In this document: positions 10,100 through 23,462 of the stretch, piece after piece
How positions within the stretch are numbered: the stretch's first letter is position 1
Layout: each line of letters begins with the position of its first letter
Assembly (NCBI GenBank): GCA_036785375.1
Contig: JAWMAR010004817.1
Location: 1 to 39,411, forward strand
Direction of reading: 5' to 3'
Length of the DNA: 39,411 nt
From: Leucoraja ocellata
Taxonomy: Eukaryota
Position numbers and translations under genes: made by a program
The notes under the pieces: model-generated
Seen by the model: the letters and a program-made list of their open reading frames with translations, nothing else
What the model was told of the DNA's origin: nothing
The model's database searches: none

Positions 10100-10615
10100 T
10101 CCGCTCACCCAACCTATATCCAAGTCACCCTACAGCCCCATACCACCTTCCTCATACCTCACACTGTCACCCAGCTTTGTGTCATCCGCAAACTTGGAAA
10201 TGTTACTTTTAATTCCCTAATCAAGATCGTTAATATACATTGTAAATAACTGGGGATCCAGCACTGAGCCTTGCGACACCCCACTAGTCACTACCTGCCA
10301 TTCTGAAAAGGATCCATTAATTCCTTCTCTTTGCTTCCTGCCAGACAACCAGTTCCTTATCCATGTAAATACCCTACTCCCAATACCATGTGCTCTAATT
10401 TTGCACACTAATCTCTTGTGTGGGACCTTGTCAAATGATTTTTGAAAGTCCAGATACAACACACCATCTGGCTCTCCCTTTTCCATTCGACTTGATAGAT
10501 CCTCAAAAGTTTCCGGAAGATTAGTCAAGCATGATTTCCCCTTCATAAATCAACACTGACGTTGTCCGATCCCTTCATTGCTTTCCAAATACGCTGCAAT
10601 TACATCTTTAATAAT
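10100..10615 (-). mobile_element. CR1 RT fragment (also ~25190-25700)
   Basis: YLDFQKSFDKVPH and SGVSQGSVL on the minus strand. Confidence 0.9.
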
Positions 10616-10654
10616 TTAATAATATTAAATTCCGGACTGACAGATTATTGATTG

Positions 10655-10800
10655 GTTATGGGTGACAGGGGGTACGGAAATAAGACATTAGAATGGGGTA
10701 GAGAGGTTAAGTTGGATCAGCCATTATTGAATGGTGGAGCAATCTTGATGGGCCGAATGGCCTAATTCTGCTCCTAGAACAATGAATTTATGAACATGAA
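10655..10800 (+). mobile_element. Short CR1-type 3' end (also ~25740-25870)
   Basis: GATCAGCCAT..TTGAATGG..GGGCCGAATGGCCT motif. Confidence 0.65.
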
Positions 10801-11636
10801 TTATGCGTCTGGTTCTTGAATGCCTTGGAGACCATTTTGTTGAGGCTATACAATATGATTAGAATGGATTATGTTGACGGCACAGACTGTGGGCTTGTTG
10901 CACTTGTGGCAAAGAGAGACAAAGGATGGGATTATGTCATTAAAATAAAAACTTAATCCTGTACAATGTCGGACTTCTTGAAGGTTTTCGGAGCTGAGGT
11001 CATCACGAGATGTGGCGAGGAAGTGATCACAGCCATTTTGCTATTTTTGATGCATTATCAGAGTCTTGAGAATTTGGTATTGAGTGGGGAACTGGAATGA
11101 GATGGAATGGAGATAGATTATTTTGGTTCCAACACGATCTTTATTATAGAAAATACGAGAAAATACTCATATAGCAGGAAATCGCACTCCTTTCTGCTCG
11201 TTAAGCCTGAATAATAAGAAGTCACATGAATTTCTCCTCTTCCAGATTCCCGTTTGCTATAGCTGGCCTGGAGAACTCGAAAGTCCTTGCACATTTCTGG
11301 GTCTAATGTGCAATCTTTCTCTGTGTCTCTTGAAGATGATTTCCGTGAGCTGGATCGAAACATTCATTTATACAATGAATAAATCTGATCTCGAAACAAA
11401 AGTAAATTCAGTTTTAAAACTAGTTGTTCTTCTTTGTACTCAAGTAACAGTAAGCTAGTTATTAAAGCAAGGGCCGAGCTAATCTCGGATGTCTCTCAGA
11501 ATGAAATTAAGATATCCCAATAGACATCTGGAAGTGCAGCGGGGTCAACACTGTTTTGTTCGTACACCTTGACCTCTTTCTTGACTGTTCAACTTTAAAC
11601 AATCCTTCGTCAATGCACTCTGCTCAATCTTTGACA

Positions 11637-12750
11637 TGGCATTGACATGGGTAGGGGATTGGTTTGGAAACAGGAAACAAAGAGTAGGAATAAACGGGTC
11701 CCTGCCAGAATGGCCGGCAGAGGCGAGTGGAGTGCCGCAAGGCTCAGTGTTGGGGCCGCAACTATTTACAATATATATATTAATGATTTAGATGATGAGA
11801 TTAAAAGTAACACTAGCAAATTTGCAGATGACACAAAGTTGGGTGGCATTGTGAACGGCGAAGAGGATGCTAGGAGGTTGCAGGGTGACTTGGACAGGTT
11901 GAGTAAGTGGGCAGATGCAAGGCAGATGCGGTATAATGTAAACAATTGTGAGTTTATCCATTTTAGTGGCAAGAACAAGGAGGCAAATTTCAATCGAATC
12001 TCAATGGTGTCAGATTAGGAAAAATGGAAGTGCAGCGAGACCTGAGTGTCCATGTACACCAGTCAATTAAAGAAAACATGCAGATACAGCAGGCAGTGAA
12101 GAAAGCTAATGAGGCGTTGGCTTTCATAACGAGAGGTTTTGAGTAGAGGATTAAAGAGATCCTTCTGCAGTTGTACAAGGCCCTGGTGAGACCACATCTC
12201 GTGCATTGTGTGCAGTTTCGGTCTCCTAATTTGAGGAAGGACATCCTTGCTATTGAGGCAGTGCAGCGTAGGTTTAAGAGGTTAATCCCTGGGATGGCGG
12301 GAATCTCATATGAGGAAAGATTGGAAAAATAGGGCTTGTATTCACTGGTATTTAGAAGGATGAGGGGGCATCTTATAGAAACGTATACAATTATAAAAGA
12401 ACTGACAAGCTAGTCGCAGGAAAAATGTTCCTAATGATGGGGGAGCCCAGAACCAGAGGCCACAATCTAAGAATAAAGTGGACGCCATTTAAAATTGAGA
12501 GGAGAAACATTTTTCACCCAGACAGTTGTGTATTTGTGGAATACTCTGCCACAGAAGGCCATAAAAGCCAATTCACTGGACGAATTTAAAAGTTAGATAG
12601 AGCTCTCGGGGCTAGCGGAATCAATGGTTATGGGGAGAACGCAGGCACGGGTTACTGATTGTGGATGATCAGCCATGATCACAATGAATAGCGGTGCAGG
12701 CTTAAAGGGCCAAATGGCCTCCTTCTGCACCTATTTTCTATGTTTCTATC
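11637..12750 (+). mobile_element. CR1 ORF2 3' portion with tail (also ~26740-27846)
   Basis: GVPQGSVLGP, YINDLD and KFADDTK RT motifs, many frameshifts, TTTCTATG tail. Confidence 0.9.
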
Positions 12751-12894
12751 TAACTTGGACACATCTAATTCATCAACGTTATTCATTTGTATGATGATTG
12801 AGTCTTTGGAAACGCAGTATTTATTGCCTATCCAAAAGTGGGAACACAGAGACACAAGGAACTGCGGATGATAAAACACGAAGTGCTGGAGTAA

Positions 12895-13570
12895 CACGGG
12901 GTGTGCCTCAGGGTTCGGTGCTGGGCCCGTTAATGATTGTCATCTATATCAATGATTTGAATGGGATCATACTTAGTAAGATTAGCAAGTTTGCAGATGA
13001 TACAAACGTGGAAGGTTTTGCAGATAGTAGAGATGGTTGTGAAAAAAGTGCAGCAGGGTCTGGATCAATTGGCCAGGTAGGCTGAGGAATGGTTGATGGA
13101 ATTTAATGCAGAGAAATGTGAAGTGTTGCATTTTGGGAATTCTAACATAGGCAGGACCTGCGCAGTCGACGGTAGATCGGGTGGTCAAAAAAGCTTTTGG
13201 CACATTGGCCTTCATCAGCCCGTGTAATGAGTATAGAGGTTGGGAGGTCTTGTTGCAGATGTATAAGACGTTGGTGACGCCGCATTTAGAGTATTGAATT
13301 CAGTCTGGGCAACCGTATAGGAAAGATTTCGACAAGCTGGAAATGGTACAGAGAAGATTTACGAGGATGTTGCCATGACTAGATGGTGTGAGGTATAGGG
13401 AGGGGTTGAGTAGGCCTGGACTCTATTCGTTGGAGCGCAGAAGTTGAAGGGAAACCTCATAGAGGTGTATAGGGTCGTGAGAGGAATAGATCGGGTGGAT
13501 GTATAGTCCCTTGCCCAGAGGAGGACCGGGTTCATGGTGACGGGCAAAGAATTAATAGGAATCTGAGGGG
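12895..13570 (+). mobile_element. CR1 RT fragment of a different subfamily (also ~28004-28678)
   Basis: GVPQGSVLGPL, YINDL and SKFADDT, with a decayed C-terminal domain. Confidence 0.85.
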
Positions 13571-13571
13571 T

Positions 13572-14555
13572 TCCTATTCAATGTGTGCAAGACACGCTTT
13601 GATACAATTCAAGGTGGTTCACAGAGCTCATATGTCAAAAGATAAGTTAACTCGTTTTTATGGTCATATGAATCCTACCTGTGACAGATGTAAATCTGAA
13701 GTGGCCTCACTGACTCATATGTTTTGGTCCTGCCCTTCTTTGGAAAAATATTGGAAATAATGTTTTGTTACTATTTCTGTAGTCTTAGGCATAGGTTTAC
13801 AAACTGGAATTACTGCAATTTCTGGGCTGCCAATGTTAGATTCTAATCATTTGTCCCGCTCCGCCCATCGGTTGATTGCTTTTACCACATTAATCGCCAG
13901 AAGATCTATTTTATTCAAATGGAAAGACTCCTAACCCTCCGACCACACTCCAGTGGTATTCGGAAACGATATAATGTTTAAATTTTGAAAAAATCAGCAG
14001 TGACACTGTTGAACCCTTGGTTAAATTTGATAAGACTTGGGTAAAATGTATTGAACATTTTCATACACCATAAATTGCTCCCTCTTTAACCGTTATAAAA
14101 AATATTTTATCTCTATAGGGTGGAACAGACATGACGACAAACAGACTTACATTGTTGAAATTCTCAGTTCAGATTCGGGTTTGCTTTGCTTTGTTAAACT
14201 ATTTTATTTTTATGCGTATTTTATTATTATTATTATTATTATTATTATCAAATTTTTTCTTTTTTTTCTTTCTTTAGTTTAGGGGGTCTTTTTTCTGTCT
14301 ATTTCTTTTTGTGCTTTTTTTTTACATTTATAAGTTTCCTTTTAAAGATTTAACTATATTAACATAGAGACCTGGAGGTCTAGATTCATTGTGTATTTTG
14401 ACATTGGTCTCATATCAGGTTATATCTGTTATTAATGTAATCCTGATCCCTATGTATCAATACCATTGTTATGTTTATCATTATTCTTTTTGTTCTGTTT
14501 TTTATGTTTTATTTTTGGAAAGAAAACAATAAAAAGATTTGTTTTTAAATAGAAA
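13572..14555 (+). mobile_element. L1-clade LINE 3' end (also ~28680-29680)
   Basis: Translates as MCARHALIQFKVVHRAHMSKDKL...CDRCKSEVASLTHMFWSCP, the L1 C-terminal zinc knuckle. T-rich 3' UTR with (TTA)n, then AATAAA and an A-rich end. Confidence 0.8.
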
Positions 14556-15722
14556 GGAATATGAGGGGCAACTTTTTCCCACAGAGGGTGGTGGAACAAG
14601 CAGCCAGAGGAGATAGTTGTGCCAGGGACTATCCCGACGTTTAAAAAACAGTTAGACAGGTAAATGGATATGACAGATTTGGAGGGATATGGACCCAATA
14701 CGGGCAGGTGGGACGAGTGTGGATGGGTCGGTGGTCGATGTGTGAAAGTTGGGCCGAAGGGCCTGTTTCCACACTCTATGACTGACTCTCTTTGACTCTA
14801 TGGGGCATCATGTAGCATCTGCGGATCGGCATTTGCGGAGGTAATAATGAACAGCCACGAGCCAGTGCAATCTTTCGCGTGTTCACGTTGCAAAGTTTCT
14901 CCCTTGTCAGTTTTGCCCGTGCCCGTGCTGGAGTGCCCGTGTTCCATTCAACTTTAATTGAATATGGATGTGCTGTATATTGAATTCCTGTCTTCCTTCA
15001 AAGTCGAAAGAACTCTGGAAGTAGGCGGTGAGAGCCAATATGACCCCTTTTACTTCACTCATATGTGCATTGATTTGGTACAGGCAGCCTTTACACTTTG
15101 AGTCGTGAATTACTGCGCAATACAACAGGATAGTATCACATACCACTTTTACAAGCACGACACACGTCGGGTAGTCAAAATAGCCCCCCAAAACGGCAAC
15201 TTTACTGACATTTGTAGTGATGTTCTGTCCCCTCAGGTCTTTTCTAAATGATCTGATACACAAGTAGAAGGGCAGCCTGTGGGGTTTATCATTTCTAAAA
15301 TGACAAAGATATCTAAATATAGATTCAATGTGCTTTTTAAATTAAACAGTGCTGATGCTGTGACTGTGATCATGTTCAGCGATACGGAGGTAGACAAAAA
15401 TGCTGGAGAAACTCATCGGGTGAGGGAGCGAAGGAAATCAGCGATACGGATTCAGTTGGTCCGTTTAGATAAAATATTTCTATTCCATTTTCATTGTTGA
15501 TTAAACAGTTACCGAATATAATATTTAAAACTCGCAATCTGTTTAGTATATGTACGCGGAGGGTTCATACAGAACATTATAGATTGTTTGTTTATAAAGA
15601 AGGGACAACTGTGACAATCCTTTTCATTCTGCTGGATGTATGAAGCTTTTTAGAAACACAAGTCTCTAAAATAAAACCTGCGTGTTTCACAGGGGCGAAT
15701 ATTTTGAGGAAGAATCTGGCAA

Positions 15723-15808
15723 TTTCTGATTGGCTTCGACGAGCATACCGGTTTGATTGGTTTGGATAATTAAACACACGGTGACATATCGTCATTCCAT
15801 TTATAAAG
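15723..15808 (+). promoter_or_regulatory. IgL copy 2 promoter (CCAAT x2, CRE-like, TATA)
   Basis: Identical to the copy 1 promoter. Confidence 0.7.
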
Positions 15809-15877
15809 AGAGCCAGAGAGCAAGATTACACGCCACTTGTCCTGGAAACTGCCGCCCCATCGGAGCTCAGTCGGTTA

Positions 15878-15932
15878 ATGAACATGCCTTATTGGATCCG
15901 TGTGGTCGGTGCGTTGGTGCTTTGCGCAGTTT
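15878..15932 (+). CDS. IgL: IgL copy 2 leader exon (MNMPYWIRVVGALVLCAV)
   Basis: ATG at 15878, signal peptide, donor GTGAGT at 15933. Confidence 0.9.
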
Positions 15933-16053
15933 GTGAGTATTTTACTTTCCCGGACATTATACATATTTCTGTTCACCATTAATTTGGGATTACCTCCCAC
16001 ACTTCAACAAACCTAATATTTTCTCTTTTGTTCTGATATTTCTCCTTTCTCAG

Positions 16054-16398
16054 ACGTAAGCGCGGCTGTTACAGTAACTCAGCCGCCTTCGATGTCCACC
16101 TCTACGGGACAGAAAATACAAATACCCTGCACCATATCGGGTTCCAGTTCAGGCGCTAAGTTAGTCTCGTGGCACCAACAGATTCCTGGCAAAACTCCCA
16201 AGTATCTATTCTACTATTCTAGCAGCGGCACCATTCATAAAGGCACGGACATTCCAGACCGTTATTCCATCTCGGTGTCAGGCAGTTCTGTAATATTCGC
16301 AATATCTAGCGTTCAATCGGTGGATGCTGCTGACTATTACTGTGCCAAATGGGATAGTGCTTTATATTTCGGTAAAGGAACGAGGCTGGGTATTGGCG
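16054..16398 (+). CDS. IgL: IgL copy 2 germline-joined VJ exon
   Basis: AG at 16052-16053, intact V-set domain fused to FGKGTRL (CDR3 AKWDSALY), donor GTAAGT at 16399. Confidence 0.96.
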
Positions 16399-17392
16399 GT
16401 AAGTAAAATATATTCATCGGACAGCGCGTTGTTTTCTTTTTATTTTAATGCAGATATTGCTTGATTTAATATCCTGAGTTCACATGATACGTGATTGGGC
16501 CAGTTGTATTTCAGTGCAGATGGTGCGATCTTGCTGTACAGATGTTCCGAGTTGACTTGGACATAACTCAGTGAAACGGCTGGGAAAGCGAGCTAATGCT
16601 TTGTCTTGAGCTTCGTTCAATAAATTGCGGAAATATTTGCAGTGATTGTCCAGATATGAAAGGAAATTGCTTGAGTAACGGGATTCACCAACGTCAATAT
16701 TCAACACTGTCAAAAATCTGCTTGACGGGTTGAACAAGGATATCAAAATGCCAAATGCGAAAGGAGAAAGTTTCGCACATTTCCTTCAGAAATTGTGTTT
16801 AATACGTAGAGCAGCTTTTCGTGGACGCAGCCGCGTATTTCAAATTTAAATGAACATTCGAACTACAATGTAATTCTTGCTTGTGAACTACATCTGCGAA
16901 TCGGTGACCGTGGCCTTCGAAGACTAGTTTCCATATATTTTTGCCGAACTTAAATAGCGTCACCCTCCATCTCAATGGTGCCGACAATTAAATAAGTTTA
17001 AATCTGTTATTATAAATGTCGCGACCGCGAATCGTTTATATCTGCTGATATATTTAAATAAATGTAAATCCGGAAATGTGTAGTAAAATGAACATTATAA
17101 AAGTTATAATAATGTATTCAGCTTTATAAAATACTGCAGCCATGATCTATCACAGATGGTTTCCCGGTGTTTATACAAAGGGTAGACAGGATTTATTTCA
17201 GTTGCTTTCACGCACTTTATTTATTGTTCACCCAATTAAAATAAACACACTATAATGGTTTGAAATAGGTCGAGAATAAAACGACATTTCTATAAATGAA
17301 TAAATGAGTGCTTTAATGAGATGTATTTTCGGTAAATAATGATATCTCAACGACAGCATTTCTCCAATTAAATGTGACTTCTTATTAAACAG

Positions 17393-17715
17393 ATCCTCGG
17401 GCACCGATCGTGACGGTCCTGCCGCCTTCAGCCGATGAAGTTACCTCAAAGGGCACCGCCACCCTGGTGTGTTTGGTGAACGGCTTTAATCCGGGCTCGG
17501 TCGCCGTTGAGTGGACAGTCGACGGCAGTGCAAGAAATAGCGACGTTGAGACCAGCCCGATCCAGCAGGATAAGGACAACACGTTCAGTCTCAGCAGTTA
17601 CCTGACTCTGACAGCCTCAGACTGGAACTTACACAACCTTTACTCCTGTGTGGTTAAACACACGGCTCAGTCAAACCCACTTAAGACAAATATCGAGAGA
17701 TCCAGCTGTATCTGA
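17393..17715 (+). CDS. IgL: IgL copy 2 constant exon (type II/lambda-like), intact
   Basis: C1-set motifs ATLVCLV, VEWTVDG, FSLSSYLTL and YSCVV, with the penultimate Cys (SSCI*) used for the H-L disulfide. The spliced CDS is 55+345+323 = 723 nt, in frame. Confidence 0.96.
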
Positions 17716-17979
17716 TGTTGGAAACGTGAGGCTGACCTGACTAAGTTAGTTTATCATCATTGGGTTCGTTCATGTGACAAAGTTAGTAATGTATTGGACT
17801 CAGTGTTTTCGTTCAGAAATGCCATTTGTAGTTGAAACTTCGATTTTTATGACTTGTTCACTTTAAATGTAGTTCTTTCGAAAGAATGTCGTTCTTGAAT
17901 GAAGCATCAAGTAGATTCAATTGCGTTATCCAACAGCATGGATGTTGTTATTGTACCCATGGTATCTTTGTAGCCGTTG

Positions 17980-17985
17980 AATAAA
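17980..17985 (+). terminator. Polyadenylation signal, IgL copy 2
   Basis: AATAAA at the homologous position. Confidence 0.7.
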
Positions 17986-20900
17986 GTTTAAAAAACGCAT
18001 TTCAAATGCATTGTTGATTCCCTCAGTTTTATTTCTGACCCGAACCATGATGGCTTAACACGGGTTGTGTTGTCTCGTAGATTTGAGCGAGCAACACTGA
18101 TTTTGATTCTCTATTTCGATCACTAATTGCAATCGTACAACAGTCGTGAGCCACTCGTCCATTTATACCACGCGTTCTACAGCGCGTTGTCAGTCCGTGA
18201 ATCAGACAAAGAACCATATAAACCAAGCAGGGCAAACGTGGTCTTAAACCCCAAATTATCACAGAAATAAACAGAAAATACTGTTCATACTCAGTAAGTC
18301 GGGCGGTATGTGGGAAGTGAGAAATAGATTAGACGTTTCAGGCTGTTTAAAAAAAAAATCAAAAACGTCCCTACCAGCCTCGTGCGTTCAGGGTTTGTTA
18401 AATATGCCTTTGTTCACAAGGTGTACCGCTACATAATTAAATATAATACGTGTGCATACGTGGAAATCTGGAAATTTGGAAACGCCATTAATTCCCAACA
18501 TATCAGCAGGTTTCTGTAAACTGATGGGTTGTTCGCACCTGCACTTTACACCCCTCGCACTAAGCATGGCACCTCCATCCTTCATCACAGAAGGCCGTGA
18601 CTTTCACACTAATCGGTGACGGGTTTTGTATTTAAATATTTACAAATATTACACCTTATTTCTTCTTTATTTCTTCTGATTGTCAGCTTTAAAGAAACGG
18701 GGTGATTATTGGCGTTAGCAGAACTGCCACTGAGTTTGTATGTGGCGTGCACGTGTCTCACGGTGGTATTACACTAGAACTGGGCAACAACACTCTCAAT
18801 AAAGCAAGATAATATCTACAGAAAGATGCGATGAGTGCACGGCAGCTTCATATAGACACATGCAGAAAGAGAGCGAGGGGTGGGAGAGAGAGAGAGAGAG
18901 AGGGGCGGGGGGTGGGGGGGGAGAGGGGGGTGAGAATAGGACGGGGGCGGGGTTAATAGTGAACAATGAGGGAACTATATGCTATAGTTAGAGGACAATC
19001 AGTCACGGACAAACCCCTGACCTCTGTCACAAATCGGTTTTCACTTATTCCAAGCTTTATTCCCAATTATTTTCACGTTACATGAGCAACCTGGGCTTGA
19101 GTCTTAATGAATGGGAAGGAGCTGCAGATGCTGGTTTAAAGCAACGATAGACACAAACCGCTATTCAATATGATCATGGCTGATCATCCAACTCAGTATC
19201 CTGCACCAGCCTTCTCTCCATACCCCCTGATCCCTTTAGCCACAAGGGCCACATCTAACTCCCTCTTACATATAGCCAATGAACTGGCCTCAACTACCTT
19301 CTGTGGCAAAGAATTTCAGAGATTCCAGAGATGTGTGAAAACATGTTTTCCTCATCTCGGTCCCAAAAGATTTCCCCCTTTTCCTTAAACTGTGACCCCC
19401 TGTCCTGGACCTTCCCAACGTCGGGAACAATCTTCCTGCATCTAGCCTGTCCAACCCCCTAAGAACTTTGTAAGTTTCAGCCATGATCTCATTATGTGTC
19501 TTATCTTTTCTAAATGATCCGGATTGTATGCATTTTTGGCTGATTCGAATAAATGGTCACATATCTGCAATTGCTCACCTGATGGTTAGTTATTTTGGAA
19601 ATTCCTCTAAATCTGTAAATACTGAGCCTACTTTCACTCGGAAAAAATGGTCAATTAAAACGCCTTGACTATGCCCCTCATTCAAATCACCATTACACCC
19701 TCCCTGTTCAAAGGAACCAATTCCGGTTATTCTCAGGCTGCCATTATCATGCCCATTTTCTTCCCAATTTCTTCTGCGGCTTGTAATGAAGGAGCCAAAA
19801 ACAAAGATTTGAGTCTTCCCGGTCTTGCCTTTTCCTTCCGTTCCCGTAGTGTCCTGGTTATCCATTTTGAGCTCCACCTTTCCCTGGTCATCGATATCTG
19901 GTCTCATTTGTTCTGAATCTTTTCATAGAGACATAGAAACATAGAAAATAGGTGCAGAAGGAGGCCATTCGGCCCTTCGAGCCAGCACCGCCATTCAATG
20001 AGATCATGGCTGATCGTCCCCAATCAATAACCCGTGCCTGCCTTCTGCCCATATCCCTTGATTCCACTAGCCTCTAGAGCTCTAACTCTCTCTTAAATCC
20101 ATCCAGTGATTTGGCCTCCACTGCCCTCTGTGACAGGTACTGACCCAAAAGGCCGCATTTTCTCCTGTCTCGTAATGTCATTACAATATTTTACCGTTGC
20201 CTTTCGAAGATGTCTATGTGTGAGCGCCAGGACCGGCGAGAAAATCATGCACTTACACTCATGCCATGTATAAATGCTGTCGGCCTCTCTCGCTCATCAT
20301 CCGCGTGAATGTTGTTAAACACGATGTCAGTGTCATAACTTCAGATCTATCCACGATGGCCCACAATGTCTGTGCGAACCTAATGCCAATGTAATCTGCC
20401 TGCCATATATAATGTCTATATCCCTCCATTCACTATCTGTTCACGTGTTTGACTAAATGCCTCTTGACCCTTGCTGGGTATCTACTTACACCGCTTCTTC
20501 TAGCAAAGCGTTGCACACTTTCTGTTTAAAAAAGACATGCAAAGTGTGGCCCCTTCAAACGTCCCCTCGCATACTTTAATAAACTATATTATATAATACT
20601 TCGGCCCTGGACTCCTAAGTAAAGCGAATTATTTTCACTAAGGGTAATAGATAGGGATAGGATATCGATGCAGTGTCTGGCCAACAACACGTTAATCCCC
20701 AAAATAAATCAATGGATAGGGATTCAATAAAACGACAGTGTTAGTTAACGTGTAGGAAGGAACTGCAGATGCTGGTTTAAATCGCAGATCGATACAAAAT
20801 GCTCGAGTAACGCAGCGGGACAGGAAACGTCTCTAGTTAGAAGGAAAGGGTGACGTTTCGGGTCTGAAGCAGGGTCTCGACCGGAAAGGTCACAAATTCC

Positions 20901-23462
20901 TTCTGTCCAGAGATGTTGCCTGTCCCGCTGAGTCACTCCAGCATGTTGTATCTAATGTTGGTTAAGGTCTGTTTCGTTTTAGAGAGCTCGGAAAAATGCT
21001 GAAAATGCTGAAAATGCTGAAACCTCCAGGGTGGTTATCTACGGTTTGCTTCCAGTTCCTCATGCTGGCGAGAGCAGGAACAGGGAGATACGGGACCTGA
21101 ATGTATGGTTGAGGAACTGGTGCAGGGGCAGGGATTTAGATTCTTAGACCACTGAGATGTGTTTTGGAGTAAGGGGGAACTGTACAAAAGGGACGGATTG
21201 CACTTTAACAGACGGGGGACCAGCATTCTGCAGGCAGGTTTGCCACTGCTACACAGGTGGTTTTAAATTAAACTAGACCAAGTGCAGACCCGTTTGGGGG
21301 GGGGGGGGGGGATTTTCTTTAAAATTTGTACATAAACACGACGAAATTTAATCAGGAGTGGATACTTGGAATGAAAAATGAAATCTCTACCGAAATGGAA
21401 ACATTCTGGGCGTTTGTGGGTCTGGTGTTGGCGTAGCAACGAATCAAAGGCTGGCACCCACAAGCTGGGAACCACAAGTCAGGCAGAAACACAGCCAGCC
21501 AGCAGCCAGCCACAGAGTTTTAATATTATACTAGACCAAGTGCAGACCCGTTGGGTTTGTTTCCCCACCGCGCGTTTGCGGGGGAAGAGGGGGGGGGGGG
21601 GGGCTGGGGCATCACACTCACACTAACCACCCCCCAAACACACAGGTGGGGGGGAGGGGGAGAGGGGGAGACGGGGTGGGGAGAGGGGGTGGGTGAGAAC
21701 AGGGGAGGGAGGAGAGAGGGGGAGGAGGAATCGGGAGAGATTTGGGAGAGGGAGAGCAGAGCGGGGTATGGGGAGAGAGAGGGGGATGGGAAGGGGGAGG
21801 AGAGTGGGGAGTGGGAGGAGAGCGGGGAGGTCAGGAAGCGGGGGGTAGGGGGTGGGAGAGGGGTAGCGGGGATTGGTGCAAGACAGCGGTGAAGGGGAGG
21901 GGGGAGATGGGGGCGAAGAGAGGTGAGGAGGGGGTATGAGGGGAGGAAGGAGAGGGTGAGGAGAGAGGGGGGAAGGGGAGGAGGAGAGTGGGGTGGGGGA
22001 GGGGATGAGAGAGGGGTGGGGGAGGGGGAGAGAAGGGTGGGGGAAGGGGAGAGAGGGAGGAGGAGGGAGGAGGGGGAGGAGGGAGGGGAAGGAGGAGGGA
22101 GAGGGGGAAGAGTGTAGAGGGAGGGGGAGAGTGGTAGGGGGCGGGGGAATGGGAGGGGGAGAGGGATAGGAGGGAGAGAGGGGTAATAGTGGTGAGGGAG
22201 GGGGAGGATAAGAGTGCGGAAGAGGGGCAGAGGGGTAGGGGGAGTGGTGGAAGAGGCAGATGTGGGTAGGGGGGAGAGGTGGGGGGAGAGAGGGGTGGGG
22301 GTTGGCGTTGGAGGGGTGGAGGGAGAGGGGTGAGGAGAGAGGGAGAGGGCAGAGAGGGGGAAAGGGAGGAGGAGAGGGGTGTGGGAGGGGTGAGAGATGG
22401 TGGGGGGGAGAGGGGAAGATGGTGGGGAGGCGGAGAGAGGAGAGAGGGAGGAGAGGATGGAGGGGAGGGGGAGGGAGGAGGGAGAGGTGGAAGAGTGTGG
22501 AGGGAGGGGGAGAGGGGTAGGGTGTGGGGGGGTGTGGAGGGAGGGGGAGAACGGAGAGAGGGGGAAGAGTGGATGGGAGACGGGAGGCGGAGAGAGATGG
22601 GTGGGGGAGGGAGATGGGGAGGAGTGGGGGATGGGGGGTGGGGGTGAGATAAGTGTAAGACTGGGGAGGGAGGGCAGGAGGGAGATGGGGTAGGGGAGGG
22701 AGGGCGAAGAGTGTGGAGTGAGGGGGAGAGGGGTGGGGGGAGAGAGGGGAAATAGTGGGGAGGGAGAGTGGAAGGGGGAGGGGTAGGGAAGTCCATCTGT
22801 TCCCCATTCCCTATCTCCCCCAATCCTCTTTCTCTATTCCCACACACGTGATGACGCGCTTCCACACAGGCTGCGGGGGTGGGGGGAGGGGCTGGGGCTG
22901 CTGCAAAGGCATATGTAAATTGATCCATTCCGATTGGACATCCGTGAACATTGGGCATTGTGACATCACACGATGGAACGTTCAACAACATTCGATGGGT
23001 GAGAGCTGTTTTTTTTTATTTGGTGGGTTGGGGGAAGAAGGATTTTATTAAAAATGTGTACATAAACACGATGAAATTTATGTAGTGGATACCTGGAATG
23101 AAAAGTGAATTCTCTACCGAAATGGAAAAAATCTGGGTGCACTGGTGATCATTTTCCAATGTTCAATAGATTGAGGATCGGTTCCTGTGGATTGGAGGAT
23201 AGCTAATGTTTTCCCACTTTTCAAGAAAGGAGTGAGAGAGAAAACGGGGAATTACAAACCAGTTAGCCTGACTTCGGTGGTGGGAAAGATGCTGGTGTCA
23301 ATTATTAAATGTGTAATAATGGGGCATTTGGATAGCAGTAAAAGGATTAGTCCAAGACAACATGGATTTATGAAAGGGAAATCATGCTTGACTAATCTTC
23401 TCGATTTTTTTGAGGATATGACAAGTAAAATGGATGAAGGGGATCCAGTGGATTTAGTATAT

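Larger units (their letters stand above)
1..14586 (+). repeat. Tandem segmental duplication unit 1 (IgL cluster plus spacer); boundaries are arbitrary phase points
   Basis: Sequence at the window start recurs near 14587 and 29714. Leader ATGs at 1300, 15878 and 31009 give periods of 14,578 and 15,131 bp. Confidence 0.95.
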
